A stretch of 64,000 nucleotides of DNA from a bacterium (GTDB lineage Bacteria; Bacillota; Limnochordia; DTU080; RSA5), in assembly GCA_002919195.1 (NCBI GenBank), contig PKEU01000137.1, forward strand, positions 1,602 through 65,601, read 5' to 3'. Shown here in pieces: positions 58,597 to 64,000 of this stretch (position 1 is the stretch's first letter; each line of letters starts with the position of its first letter). The translations under genes were made by a program, and so were the position numbers. The notes below the pieces were generated by a model that saw only the letters and a list, made by a program, of their open reading frames with translations, did no database searches and was not told the DNA's origin.

Positions 58597-59924
58597 AGCG
58601 GTGCACCCCCGACAAGGGCTTCGCCAGGCACCGGGAAAATTCCTCCAATCACGAGCCCTTTCGCGGGGACGGCGCTGTCGGCCACGCCCAAACCCGCTTC
58701 GTAGGCCATCCACTCGGCCAGAACTCCGTAGCCTCGCAAGGGATCGTTGATAAAGACGTGCGTTACGGCTCCGATCAACTTCCCGTCTTGAAGGATGGGG
58801 CTGCCGCTCATGCCCTGCACGATGCCGTTGGTCCGGGCGATCAGGCGGGGATCGCTCACCCGGATCACAAGCCCCTTGCCTCCGGGCCGGGACTGCCGGT
58901 GCACCGCCAGCACCTCAACCTCAAAGGCCTCGACATGCTTGCCATCGAGGACGGTCAAGATCTCCGCCTTTCCCTCTTTAATCTCGTGGCTCAGGGCGAT
59001 GGGCACTGGGTCGGCCACGGCCTCCGGCGGCCTCATGAGCTTTCCGAAAATCCCCACCGGCGTGTTTTTCTCGATGGTGCCCATGGCCTCCCCCGGTTCA
59101 AAGACCCCTACCTTTTCTCCGGGCCGGCCTCGCCCGCTGGGATTGATCCCGTGGATGAGGGCGGGCACGATGAGCCCGTCCGAAAGGGTGGGCGCCTCGC
59201 CGCCTTGCGCTACCATGTGCCCCAGGGCGCCGTAGCGGCCCGAAACGGGATCCCAAAAGGTGAGCGTGCCCACCCCGGCCGCGGGATCTTTGACGTAAAC
59301 GCCCAGCATGTGCCGCATGCGGTTGCGCTCGGGATCCCGCGCCAGTTGGGGTCTAACGACCACCCGGACCTCCTTGTCGCCCCGGCGGATCAAAAGCGGG
59401 AGCTCCCTGCCCTGGCGTCCATAACTTTGGACCACTTGCTCAAGCTCCAGTGGATGACTGACAGGCTCGCCCCCTGCTTCGACGATGATGTCGCCCGCCC
59501 TCACCCCTGCCTCCTCCGCCGGCCAACGGTGCGAGCCGTCGGCCAGCAGCACCGGGGCCGTGCGGACCACGACGAGGCCTTGGGAACTTAAAAGGATCCC
59601 CACCGCCTGCCCACCCGGGATGACCGACGTCTCGGGGACCACCCGCACCAGCGCCCGCTGCAGCGGCAGCCACCCCAAGAGCCTCAGCTCGACTTCATAT
59701 TGGCTCAAAGGCTCCTCTAAGACATCTCCGTCAGCCGCTCGAGCCGGCGGGAGCGGGACCAGGGTGAAAAAAGGCCCCGAGTCGAAAGCCACTTCTTGCC
59801 CGGGAAATACCCTGAGCTCGTCGGGAAAGGATAAGAGGACGCCCACAGGTTGGGCTGCTGCAAAGAGAAGAAAACCAAAGAAAAAGGCCCAGAGCCACCG
59901 GCGATAGCAAGCCCGCATGCTCAC
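58584..59924 (-). CDS. spoIVB: SpoIVB peptidase (S55, PDZ)
   Basis: IPGGQAVG, AGVGTLTF, YGALGH, GIVQGMSGSPI. Confidence 0.95.
   Translation of the reverse strand: MSMRACYRRWLWAFFFGFLLFAAAQPVGVLLSFPDELRVFPGQEVAFDSGPFFTLVPLPPARAADGDVLEEPLSQYEVELRLLGWLPLQRALVRVVPETSVIPGGQAVGILLSSQGLVVVRTAPVLLADGSHRWPAEEAGVRAGDIIVEAGGEPVSHPLELEQVVQSYGRQGRELPLLIRRGDKEVRVVVRPQLARDPERNRMRHMLGVYVKDPAAGVGTLTFWDPVSGRYGALGHMVAQGGEAPTLSDGLIVPALIHGINPSGRGRPGEKVGVFEPGEAMGTIEKNTPVGIFGKLMRPPEAVADPVPIALSHEIKEGKAEILTVLDGKHVEAFEVEVLAVHRQSRPGGKGLVIRVSDPRLIARTNGIVQGMSGSPILQDGKLIGAVTHVFINDPLRGYGVLAEWMAYEAGLGVADSAVPAKGLVIGGIFPVPGEALVGGAPLWIG
58619..58646 (-). promoter_or_regulatory. sigmaH-like spo0A promoter overlapping a 0A box
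   Basis: GGAGGAATT-N12-GGCGAAG; TGGCGAA (TGNCGAA) at 58620-58626. Confidence 0.65.
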
Positions 59925-59980
59925 GCGCACCACTCCCTGGGGCGTAGCATGCCCGGGGCCTGCTGGGGGCAGTAACCTTA

Positions 59981-61714
59981 TTAGCTGGCTGTTTTGGCTT
60001 GCTGGGCCATGGCAAGCAGCGCTTTGGCGTGGTCAAAGCTGGTGGGGGTCGAACGGCCGTCCAGCATGCGCGCGATCTCCCACACCCGCTCCTCGCCCTC
60101 AAGCTGCCGCACGGAGACCGTGGTCCGGTCGCCTTCCGCGTCCTTGCTGACGGCCAGGTGGCGGTCAGCCCGCGCCGCGATTTGCGCGAGGTGGGTGACC
60201 ACCAGCACCTGGTGGGTCCGCGCCAGCTCGACCAAGGCGTCCGCGACGCGCTCGGCGGTTTCGCCGCCGATACCCGCGTCCACCTCGTCAAAGATCAGGG
60301 TTGCTGCCGGGTCGACCGCCGCCAAAGTCGCCTTGATGGCCAGAGCGACGCGAGACATTTCGCCGCCCGATGCGATCTTGGCCAAGGGCCGGGGCTCTTC
60401 TCCAGGGTTTGCCGAAAAGAGGAACTCCACCCGGTCGACGCCGCGGCGGCCGACGAAAAGCCGCCGGCCGTCGATCTCGACGCCCTGGGGATCTTCTTGG
60501 ACGCTGAAAGCCACTTCAAAGCGGGCGTGCGGCATCGCGAGCGCCCTCAGCCGTTCACTGACCGAGGCTTCGATGCCTGCCGCGGCCTTGCGCCTTGCCT
60601 TCGAGAGGCTTTGCGCCGCCTGCGACAGCTCCTTTTCCACGGAAGCCAGCCTTCGCTCGAGCTCCAGCAGGCGCTCCTCCGAGCTCGTCAATGCGTCCAG
60701 CTCGGCTTGAGCGTCTTGGGCAAAGGCGAGGATCTCCTCGACGGTCGCGCCGTACTTGCGCTTGAGCCGGTTGATCTCTTCGAGCCGGCTTTCCACTTGG
60801 GACAAACGCTCCGGATCGGCTGCCAGCTGTCCCAGGTACCGCCGCAGATCGTGGGCGACCTCCTGCATCGATACGACCGCTTGCTCCAGCGCGTCGACGA
60901 GCGGCGCAAGTTGCGGATCGTACTCCACAAGACCTTGGAGCCTCTCCAAGGCACTGCCTGCGAGATCCACGGCGCTCCTTGCGCCGGGGCCGCCCTCGTA
61001 AACTTCCCCGTAGGATTGCCGTACGCCGTCCACGATCCGCTCGACGTGGGCCAGGCGGGCCCGCTCGGCTTCTAGTTCGGCGTCTTCTCCCGGCGAAAGC
61101 TGCGCGGCGGCGATCTCCTGGATCTGGTACGTCAAGAGATCCTCGAGGCGAGCCCGCTCCCGCTCCCCCTCTCGGAGCCGCTCAATCTCTTGGAGCAGTC
61201 CATCCCGCTCCTCGACCAAGCGGCTCACCTGTTCGCGCAAGCCCAAAATCGCGTCGCCGCCGAGGGCGTCGAGGAGGTCGAGGTGGGAGGAGGGGTGAAA
61301 GAGCGACTGGTGGTCGTGCTGCCCGTGGATGTCGACCAGGACTTTCCCGATCTCCGCCAGCGCCGAAACGTTGGCTAAACGCCCGTTGATCCGGCATTTG
61401 CTCCGCCCCGCCGCCGAGATCTCGCGGACCAAGATCACCGTGTCGTCGCCGTCGCCTGCTTGGACGTCCAACGCCGCGAGGCGCTCCTGGACAGCCGGGG
61501 CCGTGGCGAGAAAGGCCCCCTCAAGGATGGCCCGCTCCCTTCCCTGGCGCACGTGGTCGGCGCCCACGCGGCCCCCGATCAGCGCCGAGACCGCGTCGAT
61601 GATGATCGATTTGCCAGCGCCCGTCTCACCGGTCAACACGTTGAGACCTGGCCCAAACTCAATCTCCACGCGGCCGGCCAGGGCGAAGTCCTGGATGTGG
61701 AGGGCGAGGAGCAC
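59981..61714 (-). CDS. recN: DNA repair protein RecN
   Basis: TGETGAGKS, DIHGQH, ASGGEMSR, FDEVDAG, VTHLAQIA. Confidence 0.97.
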   Translation of the reverse strand: MLLALHIQDFALAGRVEIEFGPGLNVLTGETGAGKSIIIDAVSALIGGRVGADHVRQGRERAILEGAFLATAPAVQERLAALDVQAGDGDDTVILVREISAAGRSKCRINGRLANVSALAEIGKVLVDIHGQHDHQSLFHPSSHLDLLDALGGDAILGLREQVSRLVEERDGLLQEIERLREGERERARLEDLLTYQIQEIAAAQLSPGEDAELEAERARLAHVERIVDGVRQSYGEVYEGGPGARSAVDLAGSALERLQGLVEYDPQLAPLVDALEQAVVSMQEVAHDLRRYLGQLAADPERLSQVESRLEEINRLKRKYGATVEEILAFAQDAQAELDALTSSEERLLELERRLASVEKELSQAAQSLSKARRKAAAGIEASVSERLRALAMPHARFEVAFSVQEDPQGVEIDGRRLFVGRRGVDRVEFLFSANPGEEPRPLAKIASGGEMSRVALAIKATLAAVDPAATLIFDEVDAGIGGETAERVADALVELARTHQVLVVTHLAQIAARADRHLAVSKDAEGDRTTVSVRQLEGEERVWEIARMLDGRSTPTSFDHAKALLAMAQQAKTAS

Positions 61715-61727
61715 GACGATCCTCCTC

Positions 61728-62219
61728 TCACGACTCTTCCTTCCACGAGCGAAACATGCGCCACAGCTCGGTGGGCCGCCCGGGTGGGGGCTGGCTCTGC
61801 CCGTCGGAAAGCACCACTAAGATCGCGTCATCGCCGGCCACCGTGCCGACCACGCCGTCGATCTCGACGCTGTCCAGCGCGGCGGCCACCACTTGGGCGC
61901 TGCCCGGCGTCGTCTTGAGGAAAATGAGATGACCGGAAAACGCGATGTCGACCACAAAATCACGAAACGCCCGCTGCACCCTGCCCAGGGCGTCCGCAGG
62001 GAGGCTCGTGACCGGCGGAGCGGCGTAACGGTACGTCCCGTCTTCGCCTGCCACTTTGATGAGGCGCAACTCCCTCACGTCCCGGGAGATGGTGGCTTGC
62101 GCGACGTCAAAGCCGGCCCGGCGGAGCTCAGCCGCCAGCTCTTCTTGTGTGCCGACCGCCTTTTCGCGGATGATGCTCAAGATCGCCCGGTGGCGCTCCT
62201 CCTTGGCGGATGTCACCAT
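61728..62219 (-). CDS. argR: Arginine repressor
   Basis: TQEEL, QATISRD, KTTPGSA, GTVAGDD. Confidence 0.95.
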   Translation of the reverse strand: MVTSAKEERHRAILSIIREKAVGTQEELAAELRRAGFDVAQATISRDVRELRLIKVAGEDGTYRYAAPPVTSLPADALGRVQRAFRDFVVDIAFSGHLIFLKTTPGSAQVVAAALDSVEIDGVVGTVAGDDAILVVLSDGQSQPPPGRPTELWRMFRSWKEES

Positions 62220-62229
62220 GGGACCTCCT

Positions 62230-63078
62230 CTAATCCTTTCCCAGGAGCAAACGGTTGTGAATCAGCGTGTAGAAGTTGCGGTTGTCGAAGCTGATCAGCC
62301 GTGCCGGCTTGGACGCCCGGTAGACTACCACCTGATCCCGCGCTTTCAAGCTGACTCCCTCTTGCCCGTCGACAGTGAGCATGGCATCATCCCGCGACAA
62401 TATGCGGATCGTCACCCGCTGCTCGGGCATCGTGAGGATGGTGCGCGCCCCGATGGTGTGCGGGCAGATGGGCGTGACGATCAACGCTTCGACTCCGGGA
62501 TGGACGATGGGACCCCCTGCCGATAAGGAGTAGGCCGTCGAGCCGGTGGGCGTCGCGACGATGACGCCGTCGGCCAGAAACGTCCCCACCACCGCGCCGT
62601 CGATCAGGGTTTCAAATTCGATGACCCGGGCAAAGACGCCGCGGGTGACGGCCGCGTCGTTGAGGCCGAAAAAGGCGGCCGCCTTTTTCCCTTCACGGAA
62701 CACTTCCGCTTTGAGCATCAGCCGCTCCTCGACGCTGTACTCGCCGCGAAACACCCGGAGGAGCGCGTCCTTGACGCCCGCGGGCTCCACCGCCGTCAAG
62801 AAGCCCAGGTGGCCCAGGTTGACGCCGAGGATGGGAACGCCGTGAGGCGCCGCCCGCCGCGCCGCTTTTAACAGGGCGCCGTCGCCGCCTAGCACCAACG
62901 CGACGCCCGCCTTTTTCAGTTCTTCGTCATCCCCCGCCAGATCGGGACGGCCCAAAAGAGAGGCAGCCTCCGGTTCGAGCCAAAGGGGCACGGACCGCTC
63001 TTCGAGCCAAGCGATCAGGTCTTTGGCTAGCTCCAGGGCGTCGTCCTTTCCCGAATGGGGCATCAGGGCGACTTTCAA
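62230..63078 (-). CDS. nadK: NAD kinase
   Basis: LGGDG, GHLGFL, TPTGSTAYSLSAGGP. Confidence 0.96.
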   Translation of the reverse strand: MKVALMPHSGKDDALELAKDLIAWLEERSVPLWLEPEAASLLGRPDLAGDDEELKKAGVALVLGGDGALLKAARRAAPHGVPILGVNLGHLGFLTAVEPAGVKDALLRVFRGEYSVEERLMLKAEVFREGKKAAAFFGLNDAAVTRGVFARVIEFETLIDGAVVGTFLADGVIVATPTGSTAYSLSAGGPIVHPGVEALIVTPICPHTIGARTILTMPEQRVTIRILSRDDAMLTVDGQEGVSLKARDQVVVYRASKPARLISFDNRNFYTLIHNRLLLGKD

Positions 63079-63134
63079 ATCGATCTCACCTTTTAGGAAT
63101 CATCGATCTTTCGACTGCGAAAAGCCCGCGCATG

Positions 63135-63950
63135 TTACATGAGGGCTTCGTGAGCTTGCGCGACCACCTGCGAGACCGTCTCAGCGTCTACCGATGAGGT
63201 TGTCTCGCCCTGAGGGCTGCGTTTCCACCACACGAAAAACTCGATGTTTCCTTTGGGACCTAAAACCGGCGAATAAGTGAGGGCGATGGGCCTCCATCCC
63301 AAAGCTCCCGCTCCAGCAAGAAGGTTTTGGATCACTTCGCGGTGCACGCCGGCATCGCGGACCACGCCGCCTTTTCCCACCGCCCTCCGCCCCGCTTCAA
63401 ACTGGGGTTTGATCAGCGCGACGACGTCCCCGTCGTCCTTGAGGGTCCCTTGGGCGGCGGGGAGTATTTTGATGAGCGAAATAAAGGAGACGTCGATCAC
63501 GATCAGGTCGGCCCGGGGAAGATCTCCCGGTTGCACGTGGCGGAAGTTGGTCCGTTCGACGACGACCACGCGCGGGTCTTGCCGGAGTTTCCAATCCAGC
63601 TGGCCGTAGCCGACATCGACGGCGTACACCCTGGCTGCGCCCCGCTGCAGCAGGCAGTCGGTAAACCCGCCCGTCGACGCGCCGACGTCGATGCACGTCC
63701 GTCCGGCCACAAGGACGCCAAACCGGTCGAGAGCGTGCTCCAATTTCAGACCGCCCCGGCTGACATAAGGGTTGGCAGGCCCGCGCACTTCCAGCTGGGC
63801 GTCGGGAGAAACCGCGCTTCCCGCTTTACCTGCCCTTTGGCCGTCGACATAGACCACTCCGGCCATGATCGCAGCCTTGGCCTTAGCCCGGGTGGGAAAG
63901 AGCCCCCGCTCGACTAACAGAGCGTCTAAACGCACACCTTTTCTTGCCAC
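63135..63950 (-). CDS. tlyA: TlyA rRNA 2'-O-methyltransferase
   Basis: S4 domain, [38 protein letters not shown]. Confidence 0.96.
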   Translation of the reverse strand: MARKGVRLDALLVERGLFPTRAKAKAAIMAGVVYVDGQRAGKAGSAVSPDAQLEVRGPANPYVSRGGLKLEHALDRFGVLVAGRTCIDVGASTGGFTDCLLQRGAARVYAVDVGYGQLDWKLRQDPRVVVVERTNFRHVQPGDLPRADLIVIDVSFISLIKILPAAQGTLKDDGDVVALIKPQFEAGRRAVGKGGVVRDAGVHREVIQNLLAGAGALGWRPIALTYSPVLGPKGNIEFFVWWKRSPQGETTSSVDAETVSQVVAQAHEALM

Positions 63951-64000
63951 GTCACAACCTGCCGGTGGCGGCCTCGGACGATTGCCGCTGGCCCAAAAGT

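Noticed and set aside
63952-64000. 3' end of a minus-strand gene upstream of tlyA (dxs would be expected by synteny)
   Set aside because: Only about 15 codons with no diagnostic motif; identity cannot be supported from this window.

Overview
Core chromosomal segment of a GC-rich, endospore-forming member of the Bacillota (possibly Limnochordia-like; this is inferred from high GC plus spo0A, spoIVB, spoVFAB, sleB-ypeB and tepA-ylzJ). It carries the tlyA-nadK-argR-recN-spoIVB-spo0A-steAB block, a lysine-riboswitch-led dapB-spoVFAB-asd-dapG-dapA cluster, rnj, spore coat and cortex genes, the yggS-sepF-proC-ylmG-ylmH-divIVA cluster, aconitase and assorted peptidases and sugar-metabolism genes. 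I found no IS, prophage, CRISPR, tRNA or rRNA. The main result is two genes that the ORF track truncates at in-frame UGA codons, each UGA sitting where a Cys is expected and followed by a SECIS-like hairpin. The first is a UxaA/GarD-family dehydratase subunit (HPFG-U-SQVGDD, 22633..23760). It lies next to a free SAF subunit and a reciprocally degenerate paralog, in an acid-sugar catabolic operon. The second is a YuzD-like thioredoxin-fold CxxU protein (36215..36856) behind a sigmaK-like promoter among spore coat genes. Both are best explained as selenoproteins, but the sel machinery is not in this window, so this remains to be verified.
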